Positions 8,942 through 19,400 of a DNA stretch of 64,000 nucleotides are shown piece by piece. Source of the stretch: a virus; IMG/VR virus record IMGVR_UViG_3300022074_000013, positions 1-64,000 of that record. One strand, 5' to 3'. The position numbers were made by a program, and so were the translations under genes. Below the pieces are notes generated by a model. It worked only from the letters and a program-made list of their open reading frames with translations. It was not told the DNA's origin and made no database searches. The number at the start of each line of letters is the position of its first letter. Position 1 is the first letter of the stretch.

Positions 8942-10816
8942 ATGGCAGTTAAAAGTTCATCACTAAATGTAACTGATTTAGACTTTGACGATATAAGTCA
9001 AAATCTGAAAAGTTATTTAAAAGGACAAGATAGTCTAAAAGATTATGACTTTGAAGGTTCAACACTTTCAATGTTAATAGACTTACTTGCGTATTCATCA
9101 CATATCGGAGCAGTAAACACAAACATAGCTGCTTCAGAACTATTCTTAGATTCCGCACAAATGAGAAAGAACGTTGTATCACGTGCGAAAGATTTAGGTT
9201 TCGTCCCTGCTTCAGAATCTGCCTCTACAGCAATCGTTGACCTAACTATGAATAACGTAAGAAATGCAGACGGTACATTCCCAAGTGCAAACGATATGAC
9301 TATCGAAGCAGGTACAAGATTCTCAACTCAGTATGACGGTAAAGCATACAACTTTGTTGTAAGTGCAGGTGTAACACCTCAACCAAATGGAAAAAGTTTT
9401 TCTTATACAGGAATCAATATAAAACAAGGAACAAATGCAAGTGACGTTTTTGTTTATGATAGACAAATTGCAAATCCTAAGTTTGTACTAAGTCAATCAA
9501 GAATAGATAGAACTGCAATGACTGTATCTGTAAACTCAGGTGGTACAAGTACCGCATATGCTCTTGCAAGTGATATATCAAATATTCTTTCTACAAGTAA
9601 AGTATACTTTACTCAAGAAAACGAAGACGGATTTACCGAAGTATATTTTGGTGACGGTAGTATCGGTGCAGAATTGAATGACGGAGATATTATTACAATA
9701 CAATATACGATTGTAGACGTTATTCATGCTAATGGCGCAAATACATTTAGTCTTACTGACGCAATCAATGGTTTCTCAGATTCAACAGTTGTAACTACAA
9801 ATATAGCACAGGGTGGTTCAGAAAAAGAATCTGTAGAATCAATCAAGTTTAAGGCAACAAAGTTCTATTCTTCACAAAACAGATTAGTAACATTGAATGA
9901 CTACAAAGCAAAAGTCTCAGAGTATTATCCAAATGCAGATGCAGTAGCAGTATGGGGCGGAGAAGATAATGACCCACCTGTATATGGTAAAGTTTTTGTT
10001 GCAATCAAACCATTGAATAGTGATTACTTATCAGACGTAGAAAAGACACAGGTCAAAGCAAATCTAAACAAACTAAATGTTATAACAGTTAGACCTGAAA
10101 TAGTAGACGCTGAAATTATTAAGATTTTACTTAATACTACATTTCAATTCAATGAAAAATTAACAGATTTAACAAGTGGTGAGTTAGAAACTTTAGTTAA
10201 GAACGCTATCGTTAAATATGATACAGATAATCTTAATAACTTTGATAGTATATTCAGACATTCAAATCTTCTAAGAAACATAGACGAAGTGGATAGTTCT
10301 ATTCTATCAAATGTAACTAACGTAAGACTAATGCTTAAGAAAAAGATTTTGTTACTAGGTCAAACTGCTGGAATAACAGTAGACTTTGGTAACCCGTTGT
10401 ATAACCCACACAGTGGACATAATAAACACGCTGGTGGTATTACAACGTCAACAGGATTTTACATTAGTGGCGATGCAACCAACGTCATGTTTTTTGACGA
10501 TGACGGTGAAGGTAATATCCGTAGGTACTATCTATCAGGTTCTGTAAGAGTCTATCAAGATAACCAAGCGGGTACTATCGCATATGGCACTGGTAAAATA
10601 ACAATCAATGCTCTGAACATAACTTCAACAGTTAATTCAGACAATACGATTGACTTCACTTTAATACCTAACTCAAATGATGTTATTGCAAAGAGAGGTT
10701 CGTTAATCGATATCTCTTCTGCTGATATCAAGGTCTCAAGTGAATTGGATACCGTTGCAAGCGGTGAATCGAGTGCTGGTGTAGGATTTACTCCAACGTC
10801 AACCTCGACTTATTAA
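8942..10816 (+). CDS. gp6: Baseplate wedge subunit
   Basis: LDFDDISQNLKSYL..DYDFEGS, FLDSAQMRKNVVSRAK.LG, FGDG, QNRLVT.NDY, WGGEDNDPPVYGKVF. Confidence 0.93.
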   Translation: MAVKSSSLNVTDLDFDDISQNLKSYLKGQDSLKDYDFEGSTLSMLIDLLAYSSHIGAVNTNIAASELFLDSAQMRKNVVSRAKDLGFVPASESASTAIVDLTMNNVRNADGTFPSANDMTIEAGTRFSTQYDGKAYNFVVSAGVTPQPNGKSFSYTGINIKQGTNASDVFVYDRQIANPKFVLSQSRIDRTAMTVSVNSGGTSTAYALASDISNILSTSKVYFTQENEDGFTEVYFGDGSIGAELNDGDIITIQYTIVDVIHANGANTFSLTDAINGFSDSTVVTTNIAQGGSEKESVESIKFKATKFYSSQNRLVTLNDYKAKVSEYYPNADAVAVWGGEDNDPPVYGKVFVAIKPLNSDYLSDVEKTQVKANLNKLNVITVRPEIVDAEIIKILLNTTFQFNEKLTDLTSGELETLVKNAIVKYDTDNLNNFDSIFRHSNLLRNIDEVDSSILSNVTNVRLMLKKKILLLGQTAGITVDFGNPLYNPHSGHNKHAGGITTSTGFYISGDATNVMFFDDDGEGNIRRYYLSGSVRVYQDNQAGTIAYGTGKITINALNITSTVNSDNTIDFTLIPNSNDVIAKRGSLIDISSADIKVSSELDTVASGESSAGVGFTPTSTSTY

Positions 10817-10888
10817 CCATGGATAAAGTGGTCAGGAGTCCCCTGAGTAGTTTACCATTAAATTGGATTAAAATAGGAGAAAATTCAA

Positions 10889-11368
10889 ATGGCAGATAAG
10901 AAAATATCAGCGTTAACTGCAGTAGCAGACGCAGACATCGGTGGTGATGATTTACTTCACATCGTTGATAACCCAGGCGGAACGCCTGTAAACAAAAAGA
11001 TGACAATTGCTCAACTTTTTGAAAATATCCCAACTCACTTAGCAGTTGACGATATTACAACAGTAACGGCAACTGCAAGTAACCTTGCTTCTTCATTCGC
11101 AACTGCGATTGATTTATCAGGTGCTTCAGGTAACGTTGCATTTACGTTAGACAACGGAACAGACGTTGGTCAGTTAAAATTGATTTATCAAAAAACTGAA
11201 CCTGCATCTTCCCATGCGGCTAACATTACTGTAACCAGTTTCGGAAGTGGAACAAGTTCAAGTAACCAAATCTCTCAGGATACTCAGGGTGATGCGGTTA
11301 TCTGTGTTTGGGACGGTTCTAACTGGTTTGTTCTATCAAACTTTAATAGTACAGTTACACTATCATAA
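10889..11368 (+). CDS. Virion structural protein (fibre/baseplate associated)
   Basis: Strong SD (AGGAG); MADKKISALTA N-terminus typical of phage fibre proteins; C-terminal WDGSNW. Confidence 0.6.
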   Translation: MADKKISALTAVADADIGGDDLLHIVDNPGGTPVNKKMTIAQLFENIPTHLAVDDITTVTATASNLASSFATAIDLSGASGNVAFTLDNGTDVGQLKLIYQKTEPASSHAANITVTSFGSGTSSSNQISQDTQGDAVICVWDGSNWFVLSNFNSTVTLS

Positions 11369-11369
11369 T

Positions 11370-14300
11370 ATGAGTGGAATTCAGGGGGTTGACAAATTAC
11401 TACCTAGACTTAATAGTCTAGTACCCGACTTTGTTCAGGCAGAGTCGCCAGAATTTGTCGCCTTCCTGAAAGCGTACTTTGAGTTCCTAGAACATGAGAC
11501 AGTAGTTCTCAAAAGTCAATCAACTATTGACAACGTAGGATTGGAAGATGGAAGTGGTGACATACTTTATGAAACTGCAACCATCTCTCCTTCTACAACT
11601 GTAGACAATAAAATATTATTAGAGCAAACAGTTACTAATCCAACTGCAAGTGCTGACCCATTTACTGTAGGTGAGTATCTTGTTGGTGATAAATCTAAAA
11701 CAGTCGCAAAGATTAATGTCGTTAACGGAGACCAATTATTCGTTAAGACTATTTCAGGTTTTGGTTTCAAACCTCTTGAAAATGTAACTGGTAGAACAGG
11801 TGGACAAACTGGTGTTGTTTCCACATATAAAGAATCTAGTATTCGTGCAAATAATAAAATCTTAGAATACTCAGACGTAGATAAAACAACAGAAAACTTC
11901 TTAGAATTTTTCCAAAAAGATTTCATGCCCTCTCTTGATGCGAGTTTAAACTCAAACAAGAGAAGTACAATAAAACATATCAGAGACCTTTATCAAAAGA
12001 AAGGTTCCCCTGATTCATTAAAGTTCCTTTTAAGACTTCTATACGGGCAGGAAGCAGAGGTATCATATCCATTCGATAATACAATCAAGTCAAGTGAATC
12101 TTCTTATGTTTCAGAAAGAAGAATGGTTGTTAATATCCCCATAGAAAAAGATAGACCACAAGCAACAGATACCATAACTGAATATGAAGGTGGAGTTGTT
12201 TACGCACAGGGTATCGTTAACATTGTATATCCAGTGGTTGGTTCTGAAACATTATTTTCACTTGATATAACAAACATAGCAAGTAAAGAATTTAGAGAAG
12301 GTTCTACTATAGAACTTTTAGATAGAGATACTAAAGTAAAAAGAGCAGGAACAGTATCAGGTATCATTTCAACATTCAATGATAACGATTCTTCAATATA
12401 CATTGACCACGGTGATGACGGAGACATTCTTCTAGAAGACGGTGGTGGTTTGATATTAGAATCAAGTTTTGCTTCGATAGGTTCTTTGTATGCAATAAAT
12501 GACGATATTAATTTCCAAGGTTCAAAAAACCAGTTAGGTCAAGTAGGTCTTTCAACTTCTGTAGTAGAAGGTATACAAACAGGTTCTGTAGAAGAAGTAT
12601 ATATTGAAGCAGACGGTTCAGGATACGAAGGTGGTGATTTAGTTATCTTTGATAATACTGGTACTAACGGTAGTGGTGCATTTGGTATGATTGGTTCTGC
12701 TGGTGACGAACTATTCCAAGAGGCAGGAACAAGATTTGGATACTATCAGTTTACTGCAACAGCAGGACAAACAGTTTTCAGTGGTTACGATAATTACGGA
12801 CAACAAGTAATTTATGAAGACCACAACAGACACGTATTTGTAAATGACGTAGAACAAACAACAGGTTTTAGTACACAGGGAAGTATACTAACATTCAATT
12901 CAGGATTGAGTGCTGGTGACCAAGTAGAAATATACACAGAGTATATGAGAATTACTTTAGAAGACGGTTCACCTTTAAATCTAGAAACAACAAATTCAAA
13001 CATAAGAAAAGTAACTCTAATAAATGGTGGACGTGGTTACAGTACATTACCTCTATGTGGCCCAGGCGGATACATTTATCCTGCGAGTGTGTCAACATTT
13101 ACACAGGGTGAAGTTGTCACGGGCGCTGGCGGGGCGACAGCAGTAATCGGACTAGTTAATAACGAAAAGAATAGACTAGAAGTATATCGTAGGGCAACAG
13201 ATACTGGTTCATTTGTAGTAGGAGAAACTTTAACTGGTGGTGGAAGTGGTGCGACTTCTACAATCTTACAACAAAATGTTTCTTCGGGAAGTGGTGCGAA
13301 ACTATTTGCATTTTCAAAAAGTATTGGTAGAGTTGGAACAATTAATATCAAAGCACAAGGTAATAGATATACCTCAGACGCACATGTATCTCAAAGTTCA
13401 ACATATCCTTTATTGATATCCGCACCAAGTGTTGCTCTAACAAAAGATACAATTATTACAGGTTCAGTATCAGGTTCAACTGCGAGAGTATTAGACTTTA
13501 ACTCCAATACACAATTACTTAAAGTTCAAGACATGACTAACATGTTCTTAGAAAATGAATCAGTCACATTCCCTAACGGCGGAACATTTAAAATTCATGC
13601 ATTTAATCCATTCACTGGTAGAGGAACGAAGTCAGGTGAAGGATTTATAAACAAAGGAACAACAGGTGATACTGGTGCTCTATCAGCTTCAGGTATGTCA
13701 ATTACTGATAGTAAATTCTATCAATCACATTCTTATGTTGTAAGAATCGGTGAGAGTATTAATAAGTTCCGTTCAATAGTAAAAGATTTAGTTCACCCTG
13801 CAGGTCACATATTCTTTGGTGAGGTTGCGGTAACAAATAATGTTTCTATGAATGTTGCTGACGCAGACCATGTAAGATTTAGACCAACTATTGTTATCAA
13901 TGCTGGTGGTGACGATACTGCAAATGCAAGTGCTCAATTAGCAACTAGAACTGCACAGAGACAAGAAGTTGAAATATACTCATTATCTACAGAAGAACAT
14001 GACTTAGCATATGCACCAATGATTGCATTGGTTAATGAATCAATACCAGCCCCAAGTACAGACCCAAGAACAGGTGGGTCAATTACTGAACCAAGAACAG
14101 AACACGGTGATTCTTCACATAGACAAAGACATATAAACATTCTTAAAATTGTTTCTAAGAATGCAGAGGTAACTCAAGTTGGTATGTATCCATTGAACGG
14201 AATACCAACAACCATATCCTTAGAAAGTGGTGACGGAACCTTTGACCCATATTTTGTTTTACAAACAAATGTAAACGGTGGGCCAGAAAGAAGACCTACA

Positions 14301-14927
14301 CGTAATGGTAAACCACTTCCAGTTAATCCGCACCACGAAGAAGTTATTGTTATGGAAAATGGTGATAGAATAGAAGTAGAAGAAGTTGCGTGTACATTAA
14401 GAATGGAACCTCGAAGAGACGCAGAAGTAAAAGGTATCTTTGGTGACGTAATGATAATGGAAGACGGAAGTAATGTGCGTCTAGAATCTGCTACAACTAT
14501 AGAAGAAGTTGATTATTTTGTAACAGAAAGAAGCAGAGAGAATTTGATAGAAAGATATATGCAGACAGAGGACGGGTTCTCTATCTGTATGGAAAATGAC
14601 GATAGACTAGTTGTCGAAGGTGTCAGTGAAAATGCTGTAACTTCATCATTTGTATCTTTTGGAACTTCGTTCAATGACCTAAATATAATCAGTGGTCAAC
14701 AAGTATATGATATTGCATACTATATTAAGGACGAAACTGATAATGACGACTTCTTATTAGAAGACGGTACAGGTGTTATCATGAGTGAAGTATCAAAACC
14801 CGAAGGACTTAGAATCCAAGACATGGAAACTTTGTTCCCCAACACCTTTATTCCAAAATTTTCCGACCATGCTAGAGATAGGACTAACGTAACCTATTCA
14901 GCATACGTTAAATCAGGAACAAATTAG
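11370..14927 (+). CDS. gp7: Baseplate wedge initiator gp7-like
   Basis: Likely start ATG 11370. PDFVQAESPEFVAFLKAYFEFLE, IRDLYQKKGSPDSLKFLLRLLYG, DSKFYQSHSYV, LVHPAGHIFFG; lies between gp6 and gp8. Confidence 0.75.
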   Translation: MSGIQGVDKLLPRLNSLVPDFVQAESPEFVAFLKAYFEFLEHETVVLKSQSTIDNVGLEDGSGDILYETATISPSTTVDNKILLEQTVTNPTASADPFTVGEYLVGDKSKTVAKINVVNGDQLFVKTISGFGFKPLENVTGRTGGQTGVVSTYKESSIRANNKILEYSDVDKTTENFLEFFQKDFMPSLDASLNSNKRSTIKHIRDLYQKKGSPDSLKFLLRLLYGQEAEVSYPFDNTIKSSESSYVSERRMVVNIPIEKDRPQATDTITEYEGGVVYAQGIVNIVYPVVGSETLFSLDITNIASKEFREGSTIELLDRDTKVKRAGTVSGIISTFNDNDSSIYIDHGDDGDILLEDGGGLILESSFASIGSLYAINDDINFQGSKNQLGQVGLSTSVVEGIQTGSVEEVYIEADGSGYEGGDLVIFDNTGTNGSGAFGMIGSAGDELFQEAGTRFGYYQFTATAGQTVFSGYDNYGQQVIYEDHNRHVFVNDVEQTTGFSTQGSILTFNSGLSAGDQVEIYTEYMRITLEDGSPLNLETTNSNIRKVTLINGGRGYSTLPLCGPGGYIYPASVSTFTQGEVVTGAGGATAVIGLVNNEKNRLEVYRRATDTGSFVVGETLTGGGSGATSTILQQNVSSGSGAKLFAFSKSIGRVGTINIKAQGNRYTSDAHVSQSSTYPLLISAPSVALTKDTIITGSVSGSTARVLDFNSNTQLLKVQDMTNMFLENESVTFPNGGTFKIHAFNPFTGRGTKSGEGFINKGTTGDTGALSASGMSITDSKFYQSHSYVVRIGESINKFRSIVKDLVHPAGHIFFGEVAVTNNVSMNVADADHVRFRPTIVINAGGDDTANASAQLATRTAQRQEVEIYSLSTEEHDLAYAPMIALVNESIPAPSTDPRTGGSITEPRTEHGDSSHRQRHINILKIVSKNAEVTQVGMYPLNGIPTTISLESGDGTFDPYFVLQTNVNGGPERRPTRNGKPLPVNPHHEEVIVMENGDRIEVEEVACTLRMEPRRDAEVKGIFGDVMIMEDGSNVRLESATTIEEVDYFVTERSRENLIERYMQTEDGFSICMENDDRLVVEGVSENAVTSSFVSFGTSFNDLNIISGQQVYDIAYYIKDETDNDDFLLEDGTGVIMSEVSKPEGLRIQDMETLFPNTFIPKFSDHARDRTNVTYSAYVKSGTN

Positions 14928-14946
14928 ATTTTATAACATAAGTTGT

Positions 14947-14966
14947 TATAAATAGAAGTATAAATA
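14947..14966 (+). promoter_or_regulatory. Tandem late promoters (gp8)
   Basis: Two TATAAATA boxes, at 14947 and 14959. Confidence 0.85.
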
Positions 14967-14992
14967 CATTATATCTTAGGAGATAGAATCAA

Positions 14993-16471
14993 ATGGCAGC
15001 AATAATAACAGAAAAGTTTCGTATCCATAATGCGAGACAGTTTAAGGAAGATTTTGGTGAAGCCGCTTCATCGACATTCCTTTTTATAGGACGACCACAA
15101 CAGTGGGACGCATCAGACACAACCCCAACACCTTCAAACTCTATTGGAGAAATGATAGACGCATATAACGATATGATTGCAATGAAGAAAATTACTTCTT
15201 CGGACGTATCACATGCTCTAGTAAGAAGGGATTGGACAACAGGAACAACGTATGACGAGTATGCACATGATTATAGTGCAACAAATACTTCTCCTGCTTC
15301 TAGTTCAAACAACTTGTTTGACTCAAGATATTTTGTGATTACAGACGATTACAATGTATACAAATGTTTAAGGACAGGAAGAGATAGTTCAGGTAACGTA
15401 GTTGCATCTACAGTTAAACCTACAGGAACTGCAACAACTCCATTCGCAACCGCAGATAGTTCAGCTGCCTCAGGACGTGGTTATATTTGGAAGTATATGT
15501 ATTCAGTTTCTGCTTCAGAAACTATTAAGTTTGTAACAAACGATTTTATCCCTGTAAAAACATTAGGTGCACAAACAGAAGTCAATGGTGACTTAGGTGC
15601 ATTCGGTTCTGCTGGTGCAGATGACGGTTCAACTCAATATGACGTAGAAACAGCCGCTGTAGACGGTGGAATTCACCACGTAGTAGTTACTAACGGTGGT
15701 GCTGGATATACTAACGGTACTTACAATAGTGTCGCAGTAGTTGGAGACGGAAGTGGTGCAACAGTATCAGTTAAAGTAGCTGGTGGTGCTGTAACAGAAG
15801 TATTTGTAAACAGCATAGGTTCAGACGAAGGAACTGGTTACAGACGTGCTTCAATTAATATTGACGATATTTCAGGTATCGGTACACCTTCAACAAGTGC
15901 AGTAGTAAAACCAATCATATCACCAGTTTATGGACATGGTGCTAACCCAGTTGAAGAACTAGGTGGTATCTATGTTATCGTAAACTCAAGATTAGAATTC
16001 GCAGAAGGAAGCGGTGACTTCCCAGTCGATAACGATTTCCGAAGAATTGGTCTAGTTCAAGACCCATTCCAAGATGACACAACTACAGTTTCAACAGATA
16101 CAACTCTAAGCGCAATGTACAAAATGACATTGAGTTCAGTAACAGGTCTTTCAAAAGACGATACTATTATGAGTGCAGCTTCTGACGCAACTGGTGTCGC
16201 AAAAAGTATTATAGTCTCAATTGATACAAGTAATAAGTTCGTTTATCACTTACCTCAAGAAAACGTTAAAGGTGAAGTTGTAAACTTTGCTACTAGTGGT
16301 ACGAACACAGTTTTCCTAGGGTCTTCAAGTATAGGAACAGTTAGTGCAGTTGATTCAGATTATCCCGAAGTGCAACCGCATTCGGGTGAAATCATTTACA
16401 TAGAGAACAGAGGTGCGGTATCTAGGGCTTCAGACCAAATTGAAGATATCAAACTTATTGTTCAAATGTAA
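14993..16471 (+). CDS. gp8: Baseplate wedge subunit
   Basis: MAAIITEKFRIHNA, FLFIGRPQQW, YNVYKCL, GYIWKYMY, GHGANPVEELG, SGEIIYIENR..R..DQIEDIKL. Confidence 0.92.
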   Translation: MAAIITEKFRIHNARQFKEDFGEAASSTFLFIGRPQQWDASDTTPTPSNSIGEMIDAYNDMIAMKKITSSDVSHALVRRDWTTGTTYDEYAHDYSATNTSPASSSNNLFDSRYFVITDDYNVYKCLRTGRDSSGNVVASTVKPTGTATTPFATADSSAASGRGYIWKYMYSVSASETIKFVTNDFIPVKTLGAQTEVNGDLGAFGSAGADDGSTQYDVETAAVDGGIHHVVVTNGGAGYTNGTYNSVAVVGDGSGATVSVKVAGGAVTEVFVNSIGSDEGTGYRRASINIDDISGIGTPSTSAVVKPIISPVYGHGANPVEELGGIYVIVNSRLEFAEGSGDFPVDNDFRRIGLVQDPFQDDTTTVSTDTTLSAMYKMTLSSVTGLSKDDTIMSAASDATGVAKSIIVSIDTSNKFVYHLPQENVKGEVVNFATSGTNTVFLGSSSIGTVSAVDSDYPEVQPHSGEIIYIENRGAVSRASDQIEDIKLIVQM

Positions 16472-16496
16472 TTGATAATTAAAAAGAGATAAAAAT

Positions 16497-19400
16497 ATGC
16501 CTGAGAAAGTAGACTTAAATGTATCGCCTTATTATGACGATTATGATGAAGATAAAAAGTATCATAAGGTACTTTATCGTCCTAGTAGACCGATACAGGC
16601 AAGAGAGTTAACACAAGCTCAATCTATTCTACAAAACCAAATTGAAAGATTTGGTGACCACATGTTCAAAGAAGGAAGTATCATTACTGGTGCTGAATCA
16701 AACGTGGACATGGACGTTATGTATGTAAAAGTTGAGAGTACCAACCCTAATGGTTTGGGAACAACTGGTGTAGAAAATTATAGAACTACTTTTGATAACA
16801 AATATCTACAAGGTGAAACTACAGGTGCAGTTGCACAGGTAGTAACTTCATATGCAGAAACTTCAACTGACCCTATCACGTACATTGTCAGAATGTATAA
16901 GTCAGGTTCTGATACAAATAACTCTATTAGATTTTCAGCAGGAGAAGAACTAAAAGAAGTCACAATAGATGCAAACGGTTCAGCTTCTTCTGCAAGTAAC
17001 AACAACGAATTAAAAATTAAGGACTCAACTCATACACCAGTTGGACGTTCTTCATTAGCAGAAATCCAAGAAGGTATTATTTTTACTAGAGGGTTTTTTA
17101 CTAAGGTTAATCAACAACAAATAACACTTGAAAAATATTCAGGTGCACCAAGTTATAGAGTCGGACTAGAGATTGCAGAAACTTTAGTTGGTTCTTCAAC
17201 AGACTCTACATTATTTGATAATGCACAGGGTTCTTCTAACGAGAACGCAGCTGGTGCTGACAGATTAAAAATAGAATTAACTTTAGCAAAACATCTTATA
17301 GATTCCACTACAGACGCAAACTTCATTGAGTTAATGAGAGTTAACAATGGAATCATGGAACTGTCAATCCAAAGACCTGAGTACAATGCATTTGCAAACT
17401 TACTTGCACAAAGAACATTTGATACTTCGGGTGATTTTATTGTAAACCAATTTGTACCAAATCTTAAAGAACATTTAGATGACGGAACTAATGGTGGTGT
17501 ATATTCAACAATTAACGGTGGTGACGAATCTAAATTCGTAGTTAAAACTTCTGCTGGTAAAGCATATGTTAAAGGATACCAAGTAGATAAACTAGTAGGC
17601 TCTACTATACCAATCAGAAAAGCAAGAAGCACCGCAAGTCTTACAGGTGCATCAACACCAGTTAGACTAGGTAACTTTGTAAAAGTAATAAACTCACACG
17701 GTCTTCCTGAATTCGGTAATGAGTCAGGAACAGACGCACAGAAACCATATGGTATCGTAAAACTTTTTGACGCAGTAACAGCAACGCCTGGAACTGAAAA
17801 CACTAGTGGACAAATTGGTTTCGCAAGAATTAGAAACTTTGATATGGCAACTGCTGGAACTTCAAACAGTTCAGAAGTTTGGGATAATGCAACTAGGTTT
17901 AATGCATATCTATTTGATATCAAAATGTTTACCAAACTTAAGTACAGTGCACATAGTGGTACTGCAGTAGTTGGTGATAAGATTACAGGTTCAGTATCAG
18001 GTGCAACTGCTATTGTCGGTTATGACGATGGTTCAGGTGCATTATACGTCCATGACGTAGTAGGAACATTTACTTCAGCAGACGCAATCAGTTCAACAAA
18101 TGGTTCTTTTGCAATGTCAGCTGGTCAACATACTGGTGAGAATTTTAGAGGAACTGCTAACGAAGTAAGAACATATAATATTGACAGAGTTCGTGGAATA
18201 TCACAAGCACCAAATGTAACCGCAAGAGAAACATTCACTGCAGACATATACACAGACCAAGACTTTATATTAACTGGTCAAGTATCAATGTCTTCTACAA
18301 GTGTAACAGGTTTTGCAACTAAATTTACTGCAGAACTTAAAGAAGGTGATATAGTTATTGACGGTGCTGGTAACGAAAGAGTTATTTCTTCTATAACCAG
18401 TGATATAGCTGCTACACTAACAGGTGCGGTAGGAACTGCTTTAACAAACGCAAACGCAACTAGACGAAGAACAAGAGTATTTGACCAAGAACAAGTTGCG
18501 TCCATATTTGCATGGCCAAGAGACTATGTAAAAACACATACACCCGACCAAGTACAAGTAAGAAGGTCACAAAACGTAACATTGTCAAGTGGTACAATTA
18601 CACTTACATGTGGTTCAGGAGAATCCTTTTCAACAAGAACAGATGATAACTATATCTTCTCAGTTGTAGAAGCACAAACATCAGGTTCACCTACATTAGT
18701 AAATGGTGACATGGTTGACGTTGTCAACAACTTAAGTGGTGCACCATTTACAGATACAATTTCAGGAAACAACTTAGAATTCAGTGGGTTCCCAACTGCT
18801 GATGACGGTGCAATTCTAAAAGTAACATTTACTGTAGATATTAATTCACCAGTTAACAGAGATAAGTCACTAAAACAAGCAAGGTGTCTCTCAGTTGTAA
18901 ACTCTAGAACCACAGGTGGATTCTACGGAACATGTTATAACGATAAAGAAATATCCCTAGGTGTTGCAGACGTATTTAAAGTTCGTGCAATCTATGAAGG
19001 TAATGGTGCAACTGCACCTCTACCACCTTCGGGAACAATTACAGAGACATCAAGTCCTGCTATACCATTTCAAAGTTTTGAGGTCATAAAAGGTAATACC
19101 TCAGACGCACGTGCGGTAATTGTAAATTACAATGGTTCTACAAATAAGAGTTATTTTTATTATACCACATTAAACAAAACATTTATAGAAGGTGAAGTTC
19201 TTGTAGGACAGACTTCAAAAGCAACTGGTAACTTAACTAATTTTGACCAAGGTGCAACAAACATAACAGACAGATATTACTTTGACGATGGACAAAGAGA
19301 TGGATTCTATGACCATGGTAGATTACAATTGAAGCCAGGAAATCCAACTGCTAACAATCAGATACTAGTTTTACTTGATTACTTTACTTCAAGTGGTAAC

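Noticed and set aside
11247-11369. ORF-track upstream starts (11247, 925, 3605, 38496, 54349, 55767, 61545)
   Set aside because: Most overlap upstream genes; downstream ATGs fit SD or late-promoter spacing or conserved N-termini better.
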